Assembly (NCBI GenBank): GCA_046563655.1
Contig: CM102284.1
Location: 6,820,001 to 6,884,000 of the forward strand
Length of the DNA stretch: 64,000 bases
Direction of reading: 5' to 3'
DNA from: Yuukianura sp. NJ FZ-2021
Lineage: Eukaryota
Part shown: positions 1 through 22,716 of the stretch, in pieces
Position numbering within the stretch: position 1 is the first letter of the stretch
Layout: every line of letters starts with the position of its first letter
Program-made: the position numbers and the translations under genes
Notes under the pieces: generated by a model
Database searches by the model: none
Seen by the model: only the letters and a program-made list of their open reading frames with translations
What the model was told of the DNA's origin: nothing

Positions 1-484
1 TTTTCGGTTTGTGTCCCAACAGACCACTTAGTGTTGTGGAGTGCCATTGATTATGGACTTTCTCCCTTGTTTTTCATCCACTTTTTTATTAAAATTTGGA
101 TCCTCTCGTGCTTAATTACGACGAAAGGAATTACTATGACTTGTTCAGATGGATTATACGGAATAGAAAAGCATTGGGCTTGTACGCTTCTTCCTAAAGA
201 TTGACAGGAACACGCAAATCCTCCCATCGATTCATACTTGGATATTCTTATTTGTTCCATCATAGCCTAATTCCCTTAATTAACAGCCAAGCACAAACCA
301 ATAATTACAAAGTGCTTTTCTGACTTCTACGGGAAAACATAGTCCTAACCAAATTAATTTCCATCTAAAAACTCAACAACAAGACAAAACTAAACTTTTA
401 CTTCTTATGTGAACATTAATTTTAGTATTAATCCTAAAGAATACGTTTTTCCCATAACGTTTTTCAAATAAAACTTTCAAAATT

Positions 485-792
485 TTAGACAATAAAAGAA
501 AAATTAAAATTTTTATTGCTACATCTCGACGCCAGATTAAAATAAATTATTTTCTTGTATGCTCTGATAATGGGAATGCGAGATAAGGGAATGCGGTGAT
601 AAGTGACGTCACAAAGTTTAGTAAGTGACGTCACAAAAAAATTGAAAAAAGGCGGGAAGCTTTTTGATTCGTATAATATCCGCATAGGATCCGGCCAAAA
701 TCGAGGGTCCACTTTTTGGATAGCAGTCTGCACGACTTGAAAAATTCAACACAAATCACACTGTGTATTACTACCAACCGACACTCACTGTT
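485..792. repeat. Dispersed non-coding repeat, copy 1 (probable non-autonomous transposon relic)
   Basis: Shares the core ATCCGGCCAAAATCGAGGGTCCACTTTT and paired GTGACGTCAC with copies at about 5600-5816 and 25600-25819. Shares a left flank with copy 2 and a right flank (..ACCGACACTCACTGTT) with copy 3. Boundaries approximate. Confidence 0.8.
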
Positions 793-3494
793 CGCCAATT
801 CTGAATGAAATTATGATTTACACATAATAAGATTTATTTATAATATATAATAATAATAATTTATTGTATTCTCTATTTTCTTAATTCCCAATTTAATTAA
901 TTAATTGACTCTCTTCTCTATGCTCTGTTACACTTTCGTTTAATTCTCAACAAAAACGGAAAAATGTTACTTAAATTGTTGTTTTTTGTTCAAAATTTTT
1001 TAAAATTAGGGTATGCCAAGAGTGGAATGTGACGGGAGATGGAGAGCATACATGACTAATAAGATGACGCTGAGCAGGGTGTGACGCCTGGGGGCGAAAA
1101 GAGAAAGTCCAGGCGACTCTGTTCGTTTCTCGGTTTGATTAGTTGAATTTCGTTTGCATAAAGAGGTTATGTACGCCGGGAAAGGCTCATTTCTGGAAGG
1201 AGTCCACCCGAGGGTACTCCAACTGCCCCCCACTTCCTTCTTTGCCTTGACAGTTAAGAGTCACTTTCTCCGAAAAGTCTCTATTTCGTATTATTTTATA
1301 CAATTTCCCGCCTTTCCCCTTCTTCTTTTGCCTTGCCTGAGGATGGATCCTAATCTCATATTTTGACATTTTCCTTCCATTCGTCTCCCTACGTCTTTTC
1401 CCGGGCAACAACTATAACATTATTCTGCTTCCCCCACCACTCTACTGTACCTTCTGATCTTCCAAATGCAGAGAAAGTCTAAGGGTTCAGTGTGTTCAGG
1501 GGGAGAAAACTGAATTGGAGGGAACCGGGGAAAAGGCGATAATGAGATTTCCAATCTACAGAAAGAACGAAACGACGCATCACTTTTACTTTTTCAGTTC
1601 AACCTAAGTTAAGTTAGTCTTTGCTCAAAGAGAAATCATAACAGTCTTCAGCGTGAATTCCTAAATTTAGTACTACGCAAAGTATGGATTTCTATGCTGA
1701 AAAACTTAAGAAATTGCAAAAAGAAAGGTGCACATTTCGCTGAATTCTGACATTTTTAAATTTCGGAAAAATGATAAACTTCCACTTCATACAGCTAAAA
1801 AATGTGTGATCTTCAGGTAAACCAAGTCATTAAGCCAATTAGGTTTGAAGTATGCTTTTCCGCGAGATTCAGCAGAATTGGTGAGAAAAGTTCCTGTTTT
1901 CACTTATTTTTTAGGAGTGAAAGCCACAATGCTGCCTATACTGGCTGCTGCTATGAAAGTAAATTTGAGCATATGTGACTCTGAGATAAAAGTTTTTGTT
2001 CTGGAGTGGGCAACTTTGTCCCGGGTTTTGTGTTGTTCTGTCCTCTTTGGCGGGGGTTCAAATCAAATCCAAAATCCGACAATGACCTGAGGGAGGTCAG
2101 GGTTCTTGTCTCGCTAATCAAATGGTTTCATCTTCATGTCACACCGACCTCATGTCCCACTTTTCCCCATCACCACAGAACACAGAAGAGCTTGGTCTGG
2201 AGTTGCCTCGAGAGCTTTTCAAAGTACTCCCACTTTTCAGGGTCCTTCCGAATGAACAGCAGGTGCCATACTATCATTTACACGCATCTACCACACATTC
2301 ATCTCTCACTCTAACCTCTGTCGTCGACCAACGCTTCAAAGTTAGGCTAAGTGCTACAAAAAGTTAGACTATGTTAGGCTAAGTGCAGAAAGTTATGCGA
2401 TTTCTTCACTTCAGAGTAGCAGTGGCGTCTGTTTCACTTTCACTACTCCTATCTCTCGTCAAGGTGTCACAACTTTCACTTTCAGGGGAAAAAGAAATTA
2501 GAAACTAAGTTTTCAGCTTTGAATCTCAAAAAATTTCCTGCTTTTTGAAATTTTGGAACTGAAATTAGTCTAACAGGTTCCACTTGGATTGGAGTTGGAC
2601 CCTTAAGGCATGTTGGATTTGGCTTTGGTGAGTCAAGGGCTCAGCAAACTACGACAGCTTGTAGTTGCAGGGTACCCTTTGAAAAGTTGGGTGCCCTTCT
2701 GGATTGAATTTGACAATTGGGCAAGAGTGGTGTGGTTCCTTTTGTGTTGCAGGGGCCCTTTGAATAGACTCTGGACCACCTCTCGTTGTTCAAGTAGTAT
2801 TGAGAATCTGAATCCAATTGAGTCAGAACAGAGTAAACAAGGGAGAACATTGGGCATTCAAGTCTCCACCACTTTTGTTCAGAACTCCATCAATCCAGCA
2901 ACCTTTCTCAGTTTCTATTTGTTCTTCTCTGTGGTTAAAATTTTAATTGAAAAAATTGTTGAGTTAGATATGGAAGCAGAACGGGTTATTAATAATTCTG
3001 ATTTGGAGATTTCCTTTTTACCAGCACCTAAAACTTCTTCTGTTCAATTCAGAAGTATTTGTTCTGCTTCTGGCCAAAAAGGCTTGATATGCGGAGGAGC
3101 ATAATAAAATAGCACATATGGCTTGGTTGGGGAGAGGCAAAATAGTGCCAGAAGGTTTGCAAATAAATTATGAAAGAGTTGAATCAAAGAGTTCGATTTG
3201 ACAACTTGAAAAGTAGGAGTTTATAAAAGCTAACAAGAAGCATTTGGACACAAATCAAAATCAAACCTGAAGCTATAAGCGTAGAATGCAAATTAATTAT
3301 TTCATAATAATTAAATTAATAGGTTCAATATTATAAAGAAAAGAAACAATTACGACTACAAAGAAAGAGGTACAACTTTTTATTATGTGAAAATTGGAGA
3401 CGCTAACAATTTTTTAAACAGTCGACGCCAAGAAAGTTAACTTTCTCCAAACTTCAATCCGAATTTTTTTAAATTCTGAAAATTTAATTTTTGA

Positions 3495-8058
<4,564 letters not shown>

Positions 8059-9267
8059 GTAAGCATTATTTTTGATTCGTTTCAACAAAATTTGAGCAGT
8101 TACAAATGAGTTCCCCAATTTCAAAATCCTTTTTTGAAAAAAAAATATTTTGAAAACTTGTAGCTCTAAGAAGCTGTCTCTGGTTCAAGCATTCCTAGAA
8201 CTCCGATTTACCGTAAACGTTAACCTGCAAAACAAAACCACGTGACCGGAACAACAAGCCACGCCCACATTCCTCGCAAAAATTCTAAACACACTGTAAA
8301 TATTAGATACTCAGAAGGTCCCTTAGGCTAGAGGCCCTTAAGGGTACACATGTTAGAACAACAGGAATATTTTAGGCAGAAGGAATCAATAGTCACACAA
8401 ATGTCAAAAGGATCCGAATTGATCAAATTTAGCTAAAACTGCGAAAAACTTGCAAAAAAAAACTTGTTGAACACTCACATCAATGATGCATATCATTATC
8501 ATTCGTCTAAAGTTAGCGTTAACGTTATAGTTAAAGTTAGTTTTAGTTGTACTAACTGTACTTTTCTCTGTAAGCAAGTTAAAAAGTAATTACAATTAAA
8601 ATTCGAAATTGCAGCTACTACGTTGTGGAGAAAAGAGTGAAAGTAAATGTGACTTTTGATTTTGATTTTATTTGCGAAACTCTTTGTTAAGTTGAAACCT
8701 TAGGAGAATAAGTATTGTATACAAATATACTTTTAGATTTACAAGGAATGAAAATTAAAAAGGAGTTGATTGATATGTGTACGACAACGAACGAGCTTCA
8801 GCATGATGAGCTCAATGATGATGATGATGATCATGTTTTTGCAATAACTTCGTTTTTTGGCAAATTGGCCACATTGTTGGCATTGGCTTAACGCCCAAAA
8901 ACGAACGCCGCCTCTTCTGATTCGTCGCAAAGTGGACTAGAATTCAAGTGATTTAGGTTTTGTCTCCTGATGCTTTTCAAAAGAACACTGCAGCTCCTAT
9001 GTTCAAAAATATAAAAATCATAAAATTTCAAATTTTCAATAAAAAAAACATTTTTCGAAAAAACAAACAAACAAATTATTCTAATTCACTTCTTTATCGA
9101 CTTTGAGTAAACTTTAAAGCAGAATGCTTTCCAGACTATCTTAAAATCTTAAAATCGTTAAGCGGTAGTCAGAGTAAACAAAATTTTGAAAATCGAACGG
9201 CATACTGAACAGTTCAAGGAAAAACTAACTTTTTGGTGTAGAAATTTGATTTGACCTTTGACCTTAC

Positions 9268-15913
<6,646 letters not shown>

Positions 15914-17577
15914 GATTTTTTAAAAAGTCTTTTTCTACAAAAAGGACAAACTGTTTTAAAATTTCGACACCTTGGAACTAAAAATTCCAGCCAGTTACTT
16001 TTTCACAAGCACTGAAGGGAGTTACAGGGAAAGTATAATTGTTAAGGTGTGAAGGAACCACTTGAGTGAATTGTTGTTCTAATTGGACTGCTGTTGGTTC
16101 AAGTCCCGAAGGGGGGCCTCGGTAAGTCTCTGGTGACTGTGGAATCCAAACTGACAAAAGCCCGCTTGGGGTTTCTCGGTTTAAGTTCAAAAGGAAAGTT
16201 GGGAAAGGGCGGACCTTCGACTCACACTCCCTCCGAAACAGGCTTCTGATCCACACTCTTCACCTCCCAAACTTCCGGCACATCATACGCATTCACCACT
16301 TTCAGTTTAAGTTCAATCCCTACACCTAACATAAACTAACGTGGACCAACATTAACTAATCAGAATTTAAAAGAAAGCAATCACAAGTTGTTAATTAAGA
16401 TCATCATTACCCTACCATGTACTTGCAATTTTTCGGTTTTGCCAGAATTAAAACTTTTCTTACATAGAACATGTTTTCTACCTAGTTTTTTGCATTAGGT
16501 TGTGAGTTTTTAACATTGAATCGAGCCGAGCTTTAACTTTTATGAGCAAATTAAATAAAGAAATGAATGTCTTACCGGTGAAAGTTTGATGAGTAAAGTG
16601 CTGGAGTGGAAGACGAGAAACGAAACGACGCTTCAGTCGAAGATTCGTGACAAAATGCAGAGCTGCCATCCTGTGGAGAAGGTACGACTTTTGTGCTTTC
16701 ACTTTCCGCATCAGTCGGACAACTTTCTCCTAAGCGATGTCGCGCTACTGCAGACTTTTTGAAAATGACGATATCACGAATTACCTAAACGAAAACACAA
16801 TTATTATGCACAAATATCAGATATTTTGTCGTAAAAAGTGAAAAAAAATGCAAAAAATTAGACGAAAAAAAGTTTTTTTTCTTTCACAAAGCAATTTTTC
16901 TAGCTCATCACACGTTTCATAGTCTGAAAATAAAACTAAAAGTGAATTTTTGGCAAAAAAAAATAAAATAAATAACTTAAAAAAACACTTTTTTATGAGA
17001 ATTTTTTTTTCGAAAAAATTCTCAAAAAAAGTACTTTCAGCTGTTGAAAAAAGTTCCATCGGGTTGATTTGAATTTTGTAAAAAATATTAATTTTCTTTT
17101 CAGAGCATTTGGTTTGAATGAAAGCCAAATTAAAAGAAAGCTTGGACATTTCCTCTTAAATTCTAAAAATACAAAATCTATTCCGTTCTCTTTTTCATTC
17201 TGTTTAAAATTGGGCTTAATTGTTGCTATTTTTTGTTGCGCGTGCCGGACAAAGTGAAAGCAACTCTGGTTTAACTCAAAGAGAAAGACGGACCAAAGAG
17301 AAAGTTGCTTTTAGGAATTCCAGCAGAGGGAACATTGGGAGGCCTGTTATTACTTCCTAATTTTTTAAGTAACTTTCTTTTGGACTAAATTTCTAGTTTC
17401 ACAAAATGTAATGAACCGCCTGTTGTTTTCCAAGGATCTTCATTAACTAAAACTTCAAGATGATTCTCATTGACAGAAAATTGGAGAGAGGCACGAGGAA
17501 ATGGACTAAAAGGAAGTAGGAACTTGCAAAAAAAAAATTTAACACGTTTGCCCCTGATTGGGGAAAGGCAGCTTGAC

Positions 17578-17757
17578 TATAAATACGACCACCATGGCTG
17601 TCAGTCTTCCTCGAAAATTTAGTTTCAAAATTTTGCAAAATATTTGCAACTTTTGCCAGTATTTCGTTTTCTCTTCCAAACCAATACTTTCTCCAGCACC
17701 AGCTAGCCTTTATCCAGCATCCGTCAGCACCAAAGTTGCTTACGACAGTTCAAAAGG
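17578..17757 (+). promoter_or_regulatory. Candidate core promoter and non-coding first exon of the first cysteine-rich gene
   Basis: TATAAA at 17578, arthropod initiator-like TCAGTC at 17601, donor AAG|GTAAGA at 17757/17758, candidate acceptor near 18362 just before the ATG at 18389. Confidence 0.4.
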
Positions 17758-18388
17758 TAAGAACTTTTTTCTTTCAATTTCAAAGTGTCAAAGGTCACCA
17801 ATTTTCTGTCAAAGGTCACGCAAATTTCTGTCAAAGGTCACAAAATTTTCTTTCTGCGTCATGTCTAGCCATTGAATCACTGAAAAGACAGTGACGTTAT
17901 TGCACTTGAGACTTTTCTTTTGAAATTTCGAAATTTCGTAGCATCCTTCCCCTCTATTTGTTGCAAATGACTTCATAATGTCAATAAGGTGATGTTAGTT
18001 ACCAATTTTTCTGCTAAAACTTTTACGACGCCCGTTGTTTGTCCAGTTTTGAGCAAGTTTTCATACAATGCGATGATTAGATTAGGTTTGTTCTAACAGC
18101 AACTCGGCCGGGTTACAATGACAAAGATTTTCAGCCGAAGGAACCTATGTGTAATATTAGCGAATTTGCAGAATTGCAAAATTTATCAGCACTTGTGACA
18201 GGACGCTTAGGTGCAAGTACAAATCGGGGCTGATAAAAGTTATAAATTGTATTGACTTTAGTCCTCCAATCGCTCAAGTTCCTAACTAAAACTGTGTCAC
18301 GAGAAACTTAACTTTCACTCTGTTCGTAAAGTTCGTCAAAAGAGTAGCTTACCAAAGTCCAGATTTTGCCAAAATCCAAAAAATCATC

Positions 18389-19483
18389 ATGAAGTGTTTC
18401 CCGCTTTCATATTTTCTGCTGGCCATGTTGGCTATTCATTGTGTCCAAGCTGGTGAGGATGAGGACTGGGGCAACGACAACGTAGATTCATTCGCTCCGA
18501 ATCCTGTTTCGGTAGGAGATGTGAGTCCGACGGCCAAGAGTGGTCAAATGTCCGCCGCCCTTCCAACTGCAGACCAAAGTTTTGGTGGTTCCCATGGTTC
18601 CAACTATGTTGGGTACAATCAGCCTTGTGGTCTTGATGGTCAACCAGGCCAACGTTGCAATCCAAATCAGAACCTAGCTTGTGACATGGGCGTTTGTAAA
18701 TGTCGAAACAGCACGACCGAGCCAGATTTGGTCAACATTTGGTCTCCAGTGACGAGCAAATGTGTTCCAGTGGCACGGGAAGCTGATAACTGGGCATGCG
18801 AACAGGATCTGCAATGTAAGGCCAGCAGAATGGGCAAGTATGCTATCTGCCGGTACAAGCTGAATACTTGTCAATGTGCTGACGTGGACCCCAACGGCCG
18901 AGAAATCGTTCGTGTAGACGATGTTTGCTATGTCAAGAAGGAAATTGGCAGTACTTGTTCCAATGACCTCGAATGCTCAGCGACCATCAAGGGAAAGGCA
19001 GTATGCGCAGGTGAAGGCCTTCTGTCATCGGCTGCAGGTATCTGCGGATGTGCTGGTGGTCATATCCATGACTCACTGCTGAATGCTTGTCTTGAGCTCG
19101 GTACTAGCGAAGAATCCAACTGTGTCTCTGATCGTCAGTGTAATCCAACGGAGGCTCTAGGCGAACTGGCTCGCTGTAACACGGAAACAGGCAAATGTCA
19201 ATGTTGGGACACCAAGCACAACTTGGAATTTTCAACAGCATTTTACAAATTGACACATACTTGCTACTACAAGAAAGCTGAAAATGAAGATTGTAAGTTC
19301 CGGGAAGAATGTGTTCTTGGATTTCATCGGAAAGCGGATTGCTTGGTCCATCCAGCCTATAATGATGGTAAAGTCTGCCAATGTCCAGCGGGAGAAGTTT
19401 GTACTGGAGCTGCTGGTCATGTCACATCTACTTTGTCCATTTTTCTTCTCACAGTCGCAGCACTTTTAGTCAAATCATTCTAA
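18389..19483 (+). CDS. Cysteine-rich EB-module-like surface protein 1 (signal peptide, putative GPI signal), intronless CDS
   Basis: 364-aa ORF. Hydrophobic N-terminus (LSYFLLAMLAIHCVQA), repeated C-x5-C...C-x(4-6)-CxC...C modules, small residues followed by a hydrophobic C-tail (GAAGHVTSTLSIFLLTVAALLVKSF). Confidence 0.85.
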   Translation: MKCFPLSYFLLAMLAIHCVQAGEDEDWGNDNVDSFAPNPVSVGDVSPTAKSGQMSAALPTADQSFGGSHGSNYVGYNQPCGLDGQPGQRCNPNQNLACDMGVCKCRNSTTEPDLVNIWSPVTSKCVPVAREADNWACEQDLQCKASRMGKYAICRYKLNTCQCADVDPNGREIVRVDDVCYVKKEIGSTCSNDLECSATIKGKAVCAGEGLLSSAAGICGCAGGHIHDSLLNACLELGTSEESNCVSDRQCNPTEALGELARCNTETGKCQCWDTKHNLEFSTAFYKLTHTCYYKKAENEDCKFREECVLGFHRKADCLVHPAYNDGKVCQCPAGEVCTGAAGHVTSTLSIFLLTVAALLVKSF

Positions 19484-20010
19484 AAAACCAAAAAATTGAA
19501 AACAAAAGTTAAAATTCTAAACATCTTTTTTAAAGTTAGCAATTTTCAACCATTTGAAAAAAGTGTACAATACTTTTTCAAAATTTCGAGTCCAGAACTC
19601 TAAAGTTCCGATGAATTTGGTGTCTAATATGAATAAGAATTCTAATTAAATAAATACATTTATAATTAATTGATGTTTGCGAATGTGGAGAATTGTTTGC
19701 ACTAATTTTTAATTGCGGAAGCATTTGATGACCAATCGCTTGGCCATGAGTAATGGTGGCAGTAACCTTGCCTGGATTCATGGACTTGTGAAAATTATCG
19801 ATAAGATAAAGCGTTGTTTTTGGCAAATTCGCGAATTCCTTCACCTATGGATTTTTAAAACCCAATTGGCAAACATTGCGAAATGGGACAGTGGACAGTG
19901 AATTGATTTAACACCGTTCAGAACTACTCAATTGCCAATTTAGGTTCACTGGACTCTGACATTTTAGATTCAAAGCTACATTGACGAGTAATCAAACTAA
20001 GTTTGTTAAA

Positions 20011-20916
20011 ATGGCCAACTTACTAAAATGTTGCCATTTTCAAGCGTCTATTTCAGTGCTAGTGGTGCTAGTTGCTATGATTCCGGAATCGTTGACATCT
20101 GAGACTGCAGGGTACGGCGATCCCTGTGGAAGAGACATTACTTGTAACGCTGAGAAGGGCTTAGAGTGTGGTTTTGAAAGGGATTCCATGCCAAACTCTG
20201 GTTTATGTATATGTGTGTCAGAGTTGGCGTATGTGCCAGGCCACGAAGGTTGTTTAGTCGAACCAAAGAAGTCCAACGATTGGGAATGTGTCATAGATGC
20301 ACAGTGTCGTATTTCGGAACTTGGACGCTTCAGCTACTGTGACCAGAAGCGATGTACTTGTCTGCATGAAGCGAAACATGGCGACGTTGTGAAAGATGTT
20401 GTTCTGTATGACAACTTTTGTTATACGGTAAACGACTACGGCGAGGATTGTATCCATGACGCCCAATGCGAACGGTCCGACAACCTGTCATGCGTGATAG
20501 ACGACCGGGGGTCAGGGGTTGGTCGATGTGGCTGCAACGTCAAGACGCATTGGTCATACTTTAACCCCGAGTCATCTTCTATATCTTGCTGGCCCATGGA
20601 ACGTCCATTTCCGTGTCAATCTTTGGAAGACTGCGAAGCAGCGATGGGAGACCTTGCAGTTTGTGACGTTGTAGCTGGAAATTGCACATGTTCAGATAAG
20701 GCTGGATTCTATCAAGGAAGGTGCTACATCCAGAAGAACGTTGGCGAGTCATGCGCAGAAGACGGAGAATGTAGAGCCGGTGGGTCACTAAAGGTCAACT
20801 GTGACATTTCGAAAAAAATTTGTCTCGTACCCACTGGGGGAACTGGAATCTCCAGCACCACCACATTTTCTTCAGGAATCTTCATTTTCTGTTTAGTTTT
20901 CAAGTTTTCAGTGTAG
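20011..20916 (+). CDS. Cysteine-rich EB-module-like surface protein 2, intronless CDS
   Basis: ATG at 20011, signal-like ISVLVVLVAMIP, same Cys spacing and shared motif (NDWECVIDAQCRISELGRFSYC vs DNWACEQDLQCKASRMGKYAIC in protein 1), hydrophobic C-tail. Confidence 0.85.
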   Translation: MANLLKCCHFQASISVLVVLVAMIPESLTSETAGYGDPCGRDITCNAEKGLECGFERDSMPNSGLCICVSELAYVPGHEGCLVEPKKSNDWECVIDAQCRISELGRFSYCDQKRCTCLHEAKHGDVVKDVVLYDNFCYTVNDYGEDCIHDAQCERSDNLSCVIDDRGSGVGRCGCNVKTHWSYFNPESSSISCWPMERPFPCQSLEDCEAAMGDLAVCDVVAGNCTCSDKAGFYQGRCYIQKNVGESCAEDGECRAGGSLKVNCDISKKICLVPTGGTGISSTTTFSSGIFIFCLVFKFSV

Positions 20917-21590
20917 ATTTTTTTCGGTCCACTTCAAATTCTTGTTTACATTGTAATTTCGCAAATCATTTCCTTTTTCCTGCAAAATAAAAAATGAATC
21001 ACGTTAATTACAAATTCCAATTTGCAAAAATAGGAAAGTGACGAAGTAACGTTATCAATCGCTTGACACACAAAACCACATACTTTCCATTTTTTGTTGT
21101 CAGTCCATAGTTAACAAAGAGGAATTGTTCAGTGATTTTTTTGTTATTAGAATTAGTAGTTGTGGTAAAGGGATTAGGAAACTGTGGTTTCGGTTCTCAC
21201 AAGCCAAGTCGGCGTTGGATAAGATAAGTGTTTCGAATTAGCACGATCTATTGACATTAGCCATACGTGCAGCGTGGTCGAGGTGACTTGCTGACAACAC
21301 AAGGCCTAGTTTTTTACATCTTTCCAAACACAGTGACAAAGTGGGTGCTGAAAGGTTTAAGGACTTTGAGTTTTTCATCTGCCAAAAAACCTGCAAAGTT
21401 AAATAAATAGTTAGTAAAAAAAAAAGTTTTGAATTGCTAAAGTTAGAGTAGAGACTAACCACAGGAAAAGTTTAGCAAAAGTCGTAAGTGGTTTTCTCGG
21501 ATGATCAATTCAGGAAACTTAATTGGCAAAAAAAATTGCTTGCAGTGTTAGTCTTCCTTTGAATTGCGCTGTGCGTCTTCAGTTCTCAAA

Positions 21591-22502
21591 ATGTTGACGA
21601 AGATTCGGCCGTTCTTTGTCGTGACCTTCATTTTGTCCATTGTGGCTCTGAAATTGTTAACAATTGACATAGTTACTTCCCTTGAATACTGTAAACATGG
21701 AAACTATCATCGCGGTTGCGTACCATACAATTGTACAAGCGACATTCAGTGTCAAGCGTCGTCTCCCGGGCCGTACTCGCGATGTCGCCGAGAATTTTTC
21801 CGTTGTGAATGTTTTCATAGGGAGCGTCAAGGCGTTCCGTACAATGGAACTTGTCTTCCCGTAAAAACGAATGGTGAGGTCTGCACGAGTCACAGAGACT
21901 GTTTGAGCATCAAAGGTCGAAGTGCATGTCTAGGGGTGACCTTGCCGAATCAATTGGTCCGTGGAATTTGTGGCTGTAAGGACTTCAAGGCCTATTATCA
22001 CTCCGAGTTGAACGAGTGTCTTCAGTTGCAAAAGAGAGAAGGAGCTCCGTGTAGTGTTGACATTCAGTGTTCACATCTTCTAGCTCTTGGGCCACTAGCG
22101 AAGTGTGACGCACTGTCACGGAAGTGTCGCTGTTGGGACACGGTGGGTGACGGAGCTCAGCCGACAGGATGGCATGACGGGAGATGTTATTACAGTCGAG
22201 CTGAAAATGAGCCTTGTGACTTGCGTGAAGAGTGTGTCATAGGATTCCACCGAAATGCTGACTGTCTCCGTCGTGACAATGTCGACAATGAAACGATGAC
22301 GACGACGACGACGGTGTGTGGTTGTCCAGAATCGGAAAGTTGTGAAGAACTGAGAGCAGATCCAAACGGAGCCGCTCAATACTCTGCAAATGGTGGCAGT
22401 ACTACTAGATTCACACAGGGAACAATTAGTATTTTTCAATTAGTTTTTGTTTTGTTAATTAACATCTTCAATTTTAATTTGATTACCAAAGATTTGATTT
22501 GA
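21591..22502 (+). CDS. Cysteine-rich EB-module-like surface protein 3, intronless CDS
   Basis: ATG at 21591, hydrophobic N-terminus, clear paralogy to protein 1 (LGPLAKC..KCRCWDT..CYYSRAENEPCDLREECVIGFHRNADCL vs LGELARC..KCQCWDT..CYYKKAENEDCKFREECVLGFHRKADCL), hydrophobic C-tail. Confidence 0.85.
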   Translation: MLTKIRPFFVVTFILSIVALKLLTIDIVTSLEYCKHGNYHRGCVPYNCTSDIQCQASSPGPYSRCRREFFRCECFHRERQGVPYNGTCLPVKTNGEVCTSHRDCLSIKGRSACLGVTLPNQLVRGICGCKDFKAYYHSELNECLQLQKREGAPCSVDIQCSHLLALGPLAKCDALSRKCRCWDTVGDGAQPTGWHDGRCYYSRAENEPCDLREECVIGFHRNADCLRRDNVDNETMTTTTTVCGCPESESCEELRADPNGAAQYSANGGSTTRFTQGTISIFQLVFVLLINIFNFNLITKDLI

Positions 22503-22716
22503 TAGTTTTACAATTACTACTTACTGTAATACACTACGTCGTTAGTAGAATAGACTGCCTTTGCCAAAACTTTGTTACATCCTAGAATCTAGAATCGTTA
22601 AAATATTTTGTTGTATCAATTGAATACCTAATTAAAATATGTTAATTAATTTTGTAGTAAAAATACCAAAAATATACAGTAGTTCCCCTTCCAGTCGTTT
22701 CCAGTTCGTCTTAATA

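Noticed and set aside
485-733. ORFs with a shared DPRFWPD peptide (also 5596-5805)
   Set aside because: The similarity comes from the non-coding dispersed repeat, and frames differ between the three copies.
1024-1045. TGGAATGTGACGGGAGATGGAG resembles miR-1
   Set aside because: The central bases differ and there is no complementary arm to form a precursor hairpin.
2610-3104. 164-aa ORF
   Set aside because: No recognisable motif, probably within a COE1 intron, and composition like the surrounding non-coding DNA.
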